Under the pieces are notes generated by a model. That model searched no databases. It saw nothing but the letters and a program-made list of their open reading frames with translations, and was not told where the DNA came from. From Escherichia phage EP75, in sequence record MG748547: DNA of 64,000 bases, one strand, 5' to 3'. Within the stretch, counting starts at the first letter, position 1. Each line of letters opens with the position of its first letter. The translations under genes were made by a program, and so were the position numbers. Positions 46,245 to 54,489 of this stretch are shown piece after piece.

Positions 46245-46595
46245 TTATTCAGTACATGCTTTACCGAGGTCTGTAAGCCTATAGAATGTTACTTCAGACT
46301 TCGGCCAATGCTTATACTCTTCAGAGTTGTCATGAACCATTGTAAACGCAGGTTCTATCAGACCTTTAGACAACAAGGATTGACCTGAACGCGTATCCCA
46401 TGGATCACCCTTTACAGAACGAAACCCGCCAGATATCGGTGGCGCATGAAAAGTCCAAACCGTTTTCCCTTTATCGTTCGTCCAAGATTTGGGATTGAAA
46501 TACCAATGACAAAGGCGTCTGGCTTCACCTTTTTCAAAATTCAACATTCCTAAAAGGACGCAGAGTTGATGTCCTGTGATTCTTGGCTTTTTCAT
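46245..46595 (-). CDS. hypothetical protein
   Basis: 116-aa ORF. Confidence 0.45.
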   Translation of the reverse strand: MKKPRITGHQLCVLLGMLNFEKGEARRLCHWYFNPKSWTNDKGKTVWTFHAPPISGGFRSVKGDPWDTRSGQSLLSKGLIEPAFTMVHDNSEEYKHWPKSEVTFYRLTDLGKACTE

Positions 46596-46963
46596 AATAT
46601 ATCTCTCTTCTTCAACATGCGTTCCACCTCTGGCCAGTTCACGCAGGGGCGATTGGAAACTTCATCCCATACCAGAGGGCAGCCAAGAGCGGCGTCGTCG
46701 ATGTAAACCTGGGCATATGCCTTTGGAGACTCCGTCCAAGTCTTCTGTGATGGGTTTGTATTAACTCCATACAGAGGGATGCCACGGACATGGAACCAGG
46801 TTTTCGCTTGCTCCAATTCCGCACCAGAACGCATCGTGAACAAAATCAGCTGATGCCCTTTGGCAACGAGCCTCTTCAGGCAGGCATCAGCACCGATGTC
46901 CCGCCCGACCTTTGGGTATTCGTGGGTCACACAAGTCCCGTCAAAATCCACTGCAATGATCAT
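46592..46963 (-). CDS. HAD-superfamily phosphatase (small)
   Basis: N-terminal IIAVDFDGT (DxDGT nucleophile motif); 123 aa. Confidence 0.5.
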   Translation of the reverse strand: MIIAVDFDGTCVTHEYPKVGRDIGADACLKRLVAKGHQLILFTMRSGAELEQAKTWFHVRGIPLYGVNTNPSQKTWTESPKAYAQVYIDDAALGCPLVWDEVSNRPCVNWPEVERMLKKRDIL

Positions 46964-47292
46964 AAGATCCCCAAGTCAGTAAGGTAACGATAAAACAAGA
47001 TTATAGACAGAAATCCAATTAACACCCAAGACGACAGGATGGGCTTGCAATTTAGCGTAGTCTTTCCATTGGGTATGTTGGGACTTCCAGTAATAACAAC
47101 CGAATCCGTTTTAGCTCTCAGCGTCATGACAGAACCCATGAGGATGATTGGGCGCACATAATGCCCTTCATGATTGCGCTTCACGATACATGGTGAAGAA
47201 AATCGCAGGAACGGATCACCGCTTTTATAACCAAATAACTCGACCTTTTGTATTTCTTCGGGTACTTTCTGACCAGGAAAGAATATTTTCAT
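46960..47292 (-). CDS. hypothetical protein
   Basis: 110-aa ORF, ATGA overlaps on both sides. Confidence 0.4.
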   Translation of the reverse strand: MKIFFPGQKVPEEIQKVELFGYKSGDPFLRFSSPCIVKRNHEGHYVRPIILMGSVMTLRAKTDSVVITGSPNIPNGKTTLNCKPILSSWVLIGFLSIILFYRYLTDLGIL

Positions 47293-47867
47293 AGCACAAT
47301 TCCTAAATTTGTGTATAACAACTCAGCCAGGGTTACAGGACGCTTGAATTGTTCCCAACTGCAGTTCAGGTATTCGCGCTCTTCGCGAATATTTTCGTGA
47401 AGATGACCATGGATATTATACGCCCAACGGTCTAATTGATAAGGAACATGTGTTGTCAACACACGGCCAACAGGCGTGTCACGTTCATACATAGCGCCGA
47501 AGGAGCTAATCCAGCCGTCCAGATACAGAGACAACAACATCTTAAAGCTGTCATGGTTGCCTTGTGCCACCCTGATGATAAAGTTCGGACGCCAGTCATC
47601 GGGAACGGGGCGGCGTTTGAACTCATCAATGTTTCGCTTGGCACCCTCTCGCATCAGGCGAATGAACCCTTCAGCCCCGATGAAGCATATATCACCAGCC
47701 AGTTCAAGAACGTCCCGAGACTTCAACCCCTGAAAGATACTGTCAATGACCGCAGCGTCATGGGCTTCCTGTGTATCAAATCCACGCGGTTTAAAGACCT
47801 TCTTATGCCCAAGATGAGTGTCACCAAGGTGCTTTACAATTCCCGCCATTATGGTTTCCTCAGCCAT
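47289..47867 (-). CDS. calcineurin-like metallophosphoesterase
   Basis: GDTHLG, GDICF, GNHD, GHLH motifs; start may be the ATG at 47849. Confidence 0.6.
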   Translation of the reverse strand: MAEETIMAGIVKHLGDTHLGHKKVFKPRGFDTQEAHDAAVIDSIFQGLKSRDVLELAGDICFIGAEGFIRLMREGAKRNIDEFKRRPVPDDWRPNFIIRVAQGNHDSFKMLLSLYLDGWISSFGAMYERDTPVGRVLTTHVPYQLDRWAYNIHGHLHENIREEREYLNCSWEQFKRPVTLAELLYTNLGIVL

Positions 47868-48190
47868 TCTAAAATCGGCACTTTCACAAACCCTTTATGC
47901 CAACGATGCGGTTTGTGACCTCTATTATATTCGAGCAAACACGTGTCTGGTGGGACACTGAAGTGGATGCCTTCGATGTCGTAGTAATGTCCGTCAATCA
48001 GAGTATACACATGACCTTCGATCTGGCTGTAATGGATCTCTGCTTGAGGATACACATGCTTCAGAACCAGAGCAACCTGATAGCACTTTCCGTTCTTCCC
48101 AACATACTCAACATCCACCTGTTGTGGGAAGACGTCTTTGATAAGATTTATCAATCTCGTGATGTCATTTACAACAACTGAACGTTTCAT
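47849..48190 (-). CDS. hypothetical protein
   Basis: 113-aa ORF. Confidence 0.4.
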   Translation of the reverse strand: MKRSVVVNDITRLINLIKDVFPQQVDVEYVGKNGKCYQVALVLKHVYPQAEIHYSQIEGHVYTLIDGHYYDIEGIHFSVPPDTCLLEYNRGHKPHRWHKGFVKVPILEWLRKP

Positions 48191-48192
48191 CT

Positions 48193-48855
48193 CTATGATA
48201 ACTCATGGCGATGTCGAACACACGCAGGACAATCACAATTCTTTTTCAAAATTGGCAATTCACACCATGTCATTAAGTCATGTATTGGGGACATGTGATG
48301 ATAGAACCAAGATTTCTTGAGACTAATCAATGGATATAAAATTTCAATAGATCTTTCCCCGTCTCTGGTCATCATGTTGTATCCTTCAATAACTTTATTA
48401 AAGGCGGGTATCCAGTGTATTGCGTCATCGCCGTTAACATATGCCAAGATATACGTGGAAGGCAAGCCACTGCCTTTAAATTGCGTGTTTAATAACCATA
48501 TCGGGGCTTGTGCTAAACAAGCGCGAAAACCACCGTTCGGGACGTTGATGCTACTGATAGGTTCTTGATGATGTGTCCAACGATACATGAGAAGTGGGGC
48601 ATTTTTATTAATCCAGTTGTATATTTTATTCCTCGCCCAATTTTCGCGTTTAGATTTAAATTTATTATTTTCGAGGTGGCAATACACAGTATGAACTGAA
48701 TATCCTTTCGATAGCAACCAAATCAACATGTATGTGCTATCCACCCCACCAGACCAGAACAACGTCACTTCTTGATTATTCTGCGGCAATGGAGCATCCC
48801 CTTGAAGAACACGGTATACAAAATCACAATCAGATATTGAGACAACAATTTCCAT
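48193..48855 (-). CDS. PP-loop ATP pyrophosphatase, QueC-like
   Basis: N-terminal SGGVDST (SGGxDS); C-terminal cysteine cluster C-x8-C-x-C-PAC resembling the QueC zinc site. Confidence 0.5.
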   Translation of the reverse strand: MEIVVSISDCDFVYRVLQGDAPLPQNNQEVTLFWSGGVDSTYMLIWLLSKGYSVHTVYCHLENNKFKSKRENWARNKIYNWINKNAPLLMYRWTHHQEPISSINVPNGGFRACLAQAPIWLLNTQFKGSGLPSTYILAYVNGDDAIHWIPAFNKVIEGYNMMTRDGERSIEILYPLISLKKSWFYHHMSPIHDLMTWCELPILKKNCDCPACVRHRHELS

Positions 48856-49151
48856 TAAAATATTCCTCTTAAAGAATCATTTATCCTGCGCAATTCGTTT
48901 TCCACTTTTATCTTCATATTTTTATCGTCGTTCACGAAAATCATTTTATCTAAATCTTCGCCATTAATCTTTGTATAAAAATAAATGTCATGCTCAAAGA
49001 AAATCGTTTTTCCAACAGAACGCATGGCAAAGAACGTTGCAATAGTTCTTGGTAAAGGTTTGAATTTAATGGCATTGAAACGCAAAGCCTGATAGAGAGG
49101 TTTTAATGTTCCTAAGCGAATACAATGCTGGATAATTTCTTGCTCTTTCAT
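48855..49151 (-). CDS. hypothetical protein
   Basis: 98-aa ORF. Confidence 0.4.
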   Translation of the reverse strand: MKEQEIIQHCIRLGTLKPLYQALRFNAIKFKPLPRTIATFFAMRSVGKTIFFEHDIYFYTKINGEDLDKMIFVNDDKNMKIKVENELRRINDSLRGIF

Positions 49152-49194
49152 TTGTTGTGCGCCATAAAGATATGATGGTACAATGATAATACAT

Positions 49195-49226
49195 TATACA
49201 AATAGAAAAGCCCCTTTCGGGGCTTA
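49195..49226 (-). terminator. intrinsic terminator (minus strand)
   Basis: aagcccc-tttc-ggggctt hairpin with T-rich tail on the minus strand. Confidence 0.45.
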
Positions 49227-49514
49227 TTTGTCTTCAGATTCGTATAAACGCCAATTGCCGATGCTAAACCACTCCCCCACATTATTTGAATATCTGGTTG
49301 TTCGGACTCCTCCGACTTCATACGCCCATTTGAAGAATTTCCATTTGGACGATAAAGAAGGACATTCGCTTCCGGATTTCAAAGAACACGCTGTGAGCCA
49401 ACGCGTAATACTGAGAGCCTGAAAAATCGGATGGATAAATGAAGAATACAATATCCAAAGCGTTATGGCAACAAAAACAATGGTCGTGATCACCCCGACA
49501 ATTTGAAAGAACAT
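49224..49514 (-). CDS. small membrane protein (putative)
   Basis: 96 aa with N-terminal hydrophobic helix; frame choice uncertain. Confidence 0.3.
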   Translation of the reverse strand: MFFQIVGVITTIVFVAITLWILYSSFIHPIFQALSITRWLTACSLKSGSECPSLSSKWKFFKWAYEVGGVRTTRYSNNVGEWFSIGNWRLYESEDK

Positions 49515-49590
49515 TTAAGAACCTCCAAAATATTGAACACAGACTATGAAGAAAACTATGATTGTAAACAACCATGAAACAAGGAAAGAT

Positions 49591-50223
49591 TCATCCTTCC
49601 ACCTTCAGCCCCATCAGGTCTTCCATGGTTTTCTGAATGCGTAGCCAGTCAAGCGCCGCATCATAACGAGGGTCATGATAGATCATACCTTCCAGTTCCC
49701 ACGCCTTGATACCAGCATATCGATCCTGCTGCCCAATACCCTTCAGCCAGCTTACGATGTCAAATGTGTGGTGATAGTCCCAAGGTTCGTTGGAATCTTG
49801 CTTACACGTCACCTCAATGATGTGCTGAGCCTTGCGTAGGTCAAACAGATTCCTATCACACCAGTCAACCGATCGCGGGTCGATCCCAAGGCGATGGCAT
49901 CCCTTGCGAATTTCATCGGCCAATTTGAAAATAGAAATATCCTTGTCGGTCGGATATAGACTGATAGCTCGGGCGGCGTCGCACGGGTTGCGTTTACCTG
50001 TACCCAGCCACCATTCCACAGTGCCCTGGTCTTTCACACGGCCAAGTTCAATCTGTTCTTTGACATCCAGTTTGATAAATGTCGTGCGCTCTACAACAAG
50101 CTGCTGAAGAGTATAACGCTTGGTCAGGTCGGCGATAGTCTGTGCCCAAGACAACATGACAGCATCATCCCAACGACCGAGAGTTTCGCTATCAGCGACG
50201 GCCAAGAAATTAGATTTATACAT
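49591..50223 (-). CDS. DEDDh 3'-5' exonuclease (DnaQ/DexA-like)
   Basis: Exo I motif AVADSETLG (D-x-E) and exo III motif YHDPRYDA. Confidence 0.55.
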   Translation of the reverse strand: MYKSNFLAVADSETLGRWDDAVMLSWAQTIADLTKRYTLQQLVVERTTFIKLDVKEQIELGRVKDQGTVEWWLGTGKRNPCDAARAISLYPTDKDISIFKLADEIRKGCHRLGIDPRSVDWCDRNLFDLRKAQHIIEVTCKQDSNEPWDYHHTFDIVSWLKGIGQQDRYAGIKAWELEGMIYHDPRYDAALDWLRIQKTMEDLMGLKVEG

Positions 50224-50560
50224 CAGTTTCCCCTGCTTTCTCTAAAAGGAGTTTCAAAGGATATGTCCCACAAGCGGTGGCATACTCGACTTTGAAATAT
50301 GAATTATCGTTCATGGCGAAATTGCGATGTGGGAAATATTCCCCGTCATCCAACCCGCCTAATCCCCCGCCGACGCGATATTGTTTTAACTCGACTTCGC
50401 CGCCATAACGGAGTTGGGCATATAGGCCGATAGGAGCGCGAACGTAATGCTCCAGCCATACCCAATTTCCATCGTGTAAACGTGTAGGGATAAATGCAAA
50501 ACGCACCTTGGGATGAAGAACGGCTTTGGCGAGCATCTCTTCTGTTATTTCACGCTTCAT
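50216..50560 (-). CDS. hypothetical protein
   Basis: 114-aa ORF. Confidence 0.4.
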   Translation of the reverse strand: MKREITEEMLAKAVLHPKVRFAFIPTRLHDGNWVWLEHYVRAPIGLYAQLRYGGEVELKQYRVGGGLGGLDDGEYFPHRNFAMNDNSYFKVEYATACGTYPLKLLLEKAGETDV

Positions 50561-51177
50561 CCAATACCTTCCTCTTCGATGATATCTTCTTCACTAGCGA
50601 CGACAGAGATTCCGTAGTCTACCATCTGGGAAAGTTCTTGTAAATCTTGTTCAAACCCGTCACCCTGTCGGATATAAAAGACGGGTACGACACGACGCCT
50701 GGTATCTTCGAAGATAGTCTCCGCGATTTTATTAATCTGACTCACCACGTGAAACAGTTTTAATCCACCGATGCCACAGCCGATGGCGGGTAAACCAACA
50801 TAGACTGTTTCGTCAGTTTTTGCCTCAATGATATCGTGAACTTGTTCAAACATAATCTGAACTGAACTGATAATGGAAGGCATGCGTGCGTTAGGACCAG
50901 GGTAGAACTGAGTATACAAATTGAATCCCCAGACACCAGTGTCATGATCAAACGCATAGGACATGTTCCCCAAACGTTGTTCCGGACCACGTTCATCTAA
51001 TTGGTCGGCTCGGTAAATTTCTGGGAAATCTAATCGAACATGGTTGGCGATACCTGCGCCCATCACAGACCAACAATTTGCTCCATGAGCGAAAGCATTG
51101 ATGAGATTAAAACTCGTAGCGGCTTTCAGTAAATCGCCGTTTGTGATAACATATGTGGTCATGCGTAACGTCTCCAT
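50557..51177 (-). CDS. macro-domain protein (ADP-ribose binding/hydrolase-like)
   Basis: INAFAHGANCWSVMGAGIA and GLPAIGCGIGGL resemble the two glycine-rich loops of macro domains. Confidence 0.5.
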   Translation of the reverse strand: METLRMTTYVITNGDLLKAATSFNLINAFAHGANCWSVMGAGIANHVRLDFPEIYRADQLDERGPEQRLGNMSYAFDHDTGVWGFNLYTQFYPGPNARMPSIISSVQIMFEQVHDIIEAKTDETVYVGLPAIGCGIGGLKLFHVVSQINKIAETIFEDTRRRVVPVFYIRQGDGFEQDLQELSQMVDYGISVVASEEDIIEEEGIG

Positions 51178-51395
51178 TGTATAATTTCGTTGTTGACACA
51201 GCTAACCTGGATGATACACATATTCTGGCGATGGTCAGTGAGTGTCATAATAAAACTGTCTGTCTGTGCCATAACACAATTGACAGATATTCCTCGCATT
51301 ATCAAACGAACACAGATTTCTTGATATAATCGTTTCATGTATCCTGAAACTGAAGCGGACTCATACACGCGTTCAAATTCATATAACTCGTTCAT
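51159..51395 (-). CDS. hypothetical protein
   Basis: 78-aa ORF. Confidence 0.3.
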   Translation of the reverse strand: MNELYEFERVYESASVSGYMKRLYQEICVRLIMRGISVNCVMAQTDSFIMTLTDHRQNMCIIQVSCVNNEIIQWRRYA

Positions 51396-51616
51396 TTATT
51401 CAGACCATCAATAGCGTGTTCAGAAATATATTCAACGAATTGGTTATCAGCTGCCATCTTTAAAAGTTCAAATAATTCCGTTCCAACGGTACTCCCAAAC
51501 ATCCCTTCCAATACACCCTGAACATCTTCATCTATTTCTTCGATGACGAGTCCATACGATTTCAGGCGGCGTGAAATAGCACGGAACTGGGCAATATCAC
51601 CAATTTCATTTGCCAT
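51392..51616 (-). CDS. hypothetical protein
   Basis: 74-aa ORF. Confidence 0.35.
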   Translation of the reverse strand: MANEIGDIAQFRAISRRLKSYGLVIEEIDEDVQGVLEGMFGSTVGTELFELLKMAADNQFVEYISEHAIDGLNK

Positions 51617-51665
51617 GTTATTTGTCTCATTATGGGGTTAGGCGGCAATTATACCGCCAATTTAT

Positions 51666-52079
51666 TCAATAGAGGTCTTCGGAAAAGAGTTCTTTGAAAG
51701 GAGTGTTCTTCAAACGGACCTGATTAGTTTGTCCGGCTTCACGAGCGACCACAGCAGCCTCTTCACGGGACATCCATTGCCCATAGTTATCAATAAACCC
51801 TTGTTCACGAGTGTGGGTGGTTTCGATAATACCTGCTTCCTTCAATCGTTTGAGTTGCGTGTTCATCAATTTGTCGTGATGTCGGGCGCTTACAACGATC
51901 ACATCACCATATTTGTTGGCAGCAGCCACAACACGCCGATCAAACTTGGTTGGGTCAGGTATATCACGAGTATACAAGGCGATGTGAGTGTCGTCCACGT
52001 CCCCTTTCACCTCAGAATATAACTGACACCCATTAGGAGATCCAGTAGGTAAAGAACGAAAATATCCAAGTAATTTCAT
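51666..52079 (-). CDS. hypothetical protein
   Basis: 137-aa ORF. Confidence 0.45.
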   Translation of the reverse strand: MKLLGYFRSLPTGSPNGCQLYSEVKGDVDDTHIALYTRDIPDPTKFDRRVVAAANKYGDVIVVSARHHDKLMNTQLKRLKEAGIIETTHTREQGFIDNYGQWMSREEAAVVAREAGQTNQVRLKNTPFKELFSEDLY

Positions 52080-52082
52080 AAT

Positions 52083-52394
52083 CTAATCTATCCATATTTC
52101 AGGTTCGGGGATATCAACCATCTCCACCGTTTGATTCTTTAATTCGTGGAAACAGTCACCAAGGAATTGTAATTTACCATCAGTCAAGAACAAATGACAA
52201 CGACTCGCCGGATCAGAATGATTCACCAACAGACTAGGAGTGAAAGTCGGTGATTCGAGATCGTGATTCCATTGCCATATTGGGCCAGGCGTTTGCCCTG
52301 AAATGCGATAAGGATGAAGCATATTACATCCAGGACAATGAAAATATATGGAACCACCCATTGATAATAATTTTGGAGTCAATAATTTTGACAT
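52083..52394 (-). CDS. hypothetical Cys/His-rich protein
   Basis: Internal start MSKLLTPK; CPGCNMLHPY ... RCHLF ... GDCFH. Confidence 0.4.
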   Translation of the reverse strand: MSKLLTPKLLSMGGSIYFHCPGCNMLHPYRISGQTPGPIWQWNHDLESPTFTPSLLVNHSDPASRCHLFLTDGKLQFLGDCFHELKNQTVEMVDIPEPEIWID

Positions 52395-52395
52395 A

Positions 52396-52674
52396 TCACG
52401 CCTCCACTTCTTCATCAGGATTGTATGGGCGTAATTCTCCAATTAACTTAGGGAAGAGGGCAAACCCGAACAGATTAAAAGAACGCATGGTCCCAACCAT
52501 ACCAACATCATCCAATTCGGTAACGTCAGAAAGGGCACACAACGGTATCCACACGTCTTCTTGTCCTTCGTAATTTACGAAGGCAACTTCCTCTTTAATA
52601 AAACGAGGGCATAAGATATCGAACAACCAATAGAAGAAAGTCAGCAATGAGAGACTGCGGAAATATACAAACAT
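52396..52674 (-). CDS. hypothetical protein
   Basis: Internal ATG at 52674 preceded by AAGGGG; the track's GTG at 52707 has no spacing to its RBS. Confidence 0.35.
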   Translation of the reverse strand: MFVYFRSLSLLTFFYWLFDILCPRFIKEEVAFVNYEGQEDVWIPLCALSDVTELDDVGMVGTMRSFNLFGFALFPKLIGELRPYNPDEEVEA

Positions 52675-52716
52675 GGTGAACCCCTTGCTTGTTTGGAGGG
52701 AATTCACCCTCCGGAT

Positions 52717-54042
52717 TTATAGGCCCAATGCCTTTTCAAGATCATCTAAATCTTCAGTATAAAGATCGATGTCTTGCTTATTATTTAATTCTTCTCGTTG
52801 AACTTCTAAATTCTTTATCTGGTTCAACAAACGTTCACGTGCGTCTAACGTAATTGATGATAAAGACATCTTGAATAAATCATCGAGATCGCCATCAAAA
52901 TCAGGATAGTCTGTCTGGAATAACGCTTTCAGTTCCGTGAGGCTCCGGCGCATATCTGTAACGACAGCCCACCCAATGAATATGGCACGATTGTTCAAAC
53001 GGTGTATTTTGTCGGTCAATTCCTTGATAAGATACTGACGTCTATCTTCATAGCGACTCAGGCGATAATTGAAAAATGGAAGCAACATGTCTTTCCAACC
53101 ATCATAACGGTGAATAACACCATCTTCATCCCAAGCTGTCCACACGGGCTTATTAGCTGAGTAGAGACGGAACATCTGTTCAACCTGTTCGTCATTCAAC
53201 TTAGACAATTCACCCCGCTTGAATACAACAGTGATATCCCAACCATCTTCGGTCGTATCGTTGGCGTACTCAGTGAGGACACCCGCCTTGTACAGGGGCA
53301 ACAGCACTTTGGTCTCATAGGTTTTAGAGAACCAACCAATAGGAACCTCGGTGATGTTCAAAGTGGTTGCATTAACGCGGGTGAACAAACCACGGCTGTA
53401 TGCTCTTCCTTCCTCAGTATAGCCCGTTTCTCCTTTGAAACCATTCCAGTACGGTTTTAAGTCTTTCGGGTCTTCGCCACGGAGAAGCGCTCTCAGGGCA
53501 CTGAGCACGGACTTAACGGAATGGCATGGGGTGTCGGTGGCATAACCGGAGCCGATACCATTGATACCATTCACGAGAAACATGGGCAGGATGGGTAAAA
53601 AGAATTTCGGCTCTAGTTTCTCTTCCCCAAGATAATTGTATTCCAATATCCCATCGTCCTCCTTTCGGAAGATTTTACGGATAACTTCAGACACTGCCAC
53701 TGAAATATAACGAGCGGAAGACGCTTCGCGCCCCATGATTGAACCAAACTGTCCGTCGCGGTCAAAGTATGGGATGTTATTCGTACCTGGGAACCCCTGA
53801 GCCATGTTCACAATAGTGCCGCTCATGTTCTCGCCACCAGATTTGTAGTTGGTGCGGGCGGCGGCGAACATGCCAAGGCGGTCAACGATCTCCTCCTTGT
53901 TGTACTCAAGAGCAGCAAAGAGGATCTTGCGCTGGCTGGGCTTGAGGCTGTCGATCAGTTGAGGGATTTGACGGATGCTGTTGACCACAGAGAACTCCTT
54001 GTGGTCACCATTTATGAAATCCGTCACGGTAATAGTCGTCAT
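52717..54042 (-). CDS. 52: DNA topoisomerase II medium subunit (T4 gp52-like, GyrA-type)
   Basis: 441 aa; SSARYIS region consistent with the catalytic-Tyr segment; adjacent to the gp39-like gene. Confidence 0.6.
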   Translation of the reverse strand: MTTITVTDFINGDHKEFSVVNSIRQIPQLIDSLKPSQRKILFAALEYNKEEIVDRLGMFAAARTNYKSGGENMSGTIVNMAQGFPGTNNIPYFDRDGQFGSIMGREASSARYISVAVSEVIRKIFRKEDDGILEYNYLGEEKLEPKFFLPILPMFLVNGINGIGSGYATDTPCHSVKSVLSALRALLRGEDPKDLKPYWNGFKGETGYTEEGRAYSRGLFTRVNATTLNITEVPIGWFSKTYETKVLLPLYKAGVLTEYANDTTEDGWDITVVFKRGELSKLNDEQVEQMFRLYSANKPVWTAWDEDGVIHRYDGWKDMLLPFFNYRLSRYEDRRQYLIKELTDKIHRLNNRAIFIGWAVVTDMRRSLTELKALFQTDYPDFDGDLDDLFKMSLSSITLDARERLLNQIKNLEVQREELNNKQDIDLYTEDLDDLEKALGL

Positions 54043-54488
54043 TTATCGTATCCCCCTAAATTAAATACGTCCACTTGGTAATCGACCAACCAAGATACCA
54101 GTTTAATCGCTTGTTCCGATTCATCTGATTCATCAAGAGTGTAATATGGTTTACCCGTCCCTTTAAGCGGGTCATACACCACCAATTTACCATCTCGAGT
54201 GTCCAACAATATCTGATGTAATATGCCAGGGGAAGTCAGGGAAGGGGCGACCAGGACATAAACATAATCGTGATAAATCGTTATATTTTGATTAGCCCCA
54301 CGCCCAGCTATAAATGGCACACCATTGAGATGCAGTGCGTCACCAATAGTCATCTCAAATGATTCGAATGAATCATGGAATTCGTCAATAACATTCTGTA
54401 CAGGGCGGTCGAGAATCATGGCCAAACACGCAGACATACAAGTGTTGCCTGTCGGTTGTTTTTGGTGTACTAATGGATTCAAAACCAT
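54039..54488 (-). CDS. papain-like cysteine peptidase-like protein (C39-like)
   Basis: Q-x5-C (QPTGNTCMSACLAMIL) with downstream His (HQILL) and Asp (VYDP); internal start MVLNP. Confidence 0.35.
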   Translation of the reverse strand: MVLNPLVHQKQPTGNTCMSACLAMILDRPVQNVIDEFHDSFESFEMTIGDALHLNGVPFIAGRGANQNITIYHDYVYVLVAPSLTSPGILHQILLDTRDGKLVVYDPLKGTGKPYYTLDESDESEQAIKLVSWLVDYQVDVFNLGGYDK

Positions 54489-54489
54489 C

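Noticed and set aside
49183-49422. 79-aa plus-strand ORF
   Set aside because: Overlaps a minus-strand terminator hairpin and a minus-strand ORF in a minus-strand block.
52713-52720. TATAAAT-like sequence on the minus strand
   Set aside because: Formed by the last codon and stop of the gp52-like gene; 7/8 match only and followed by a hairpin rather than a gene start at the expected distance.
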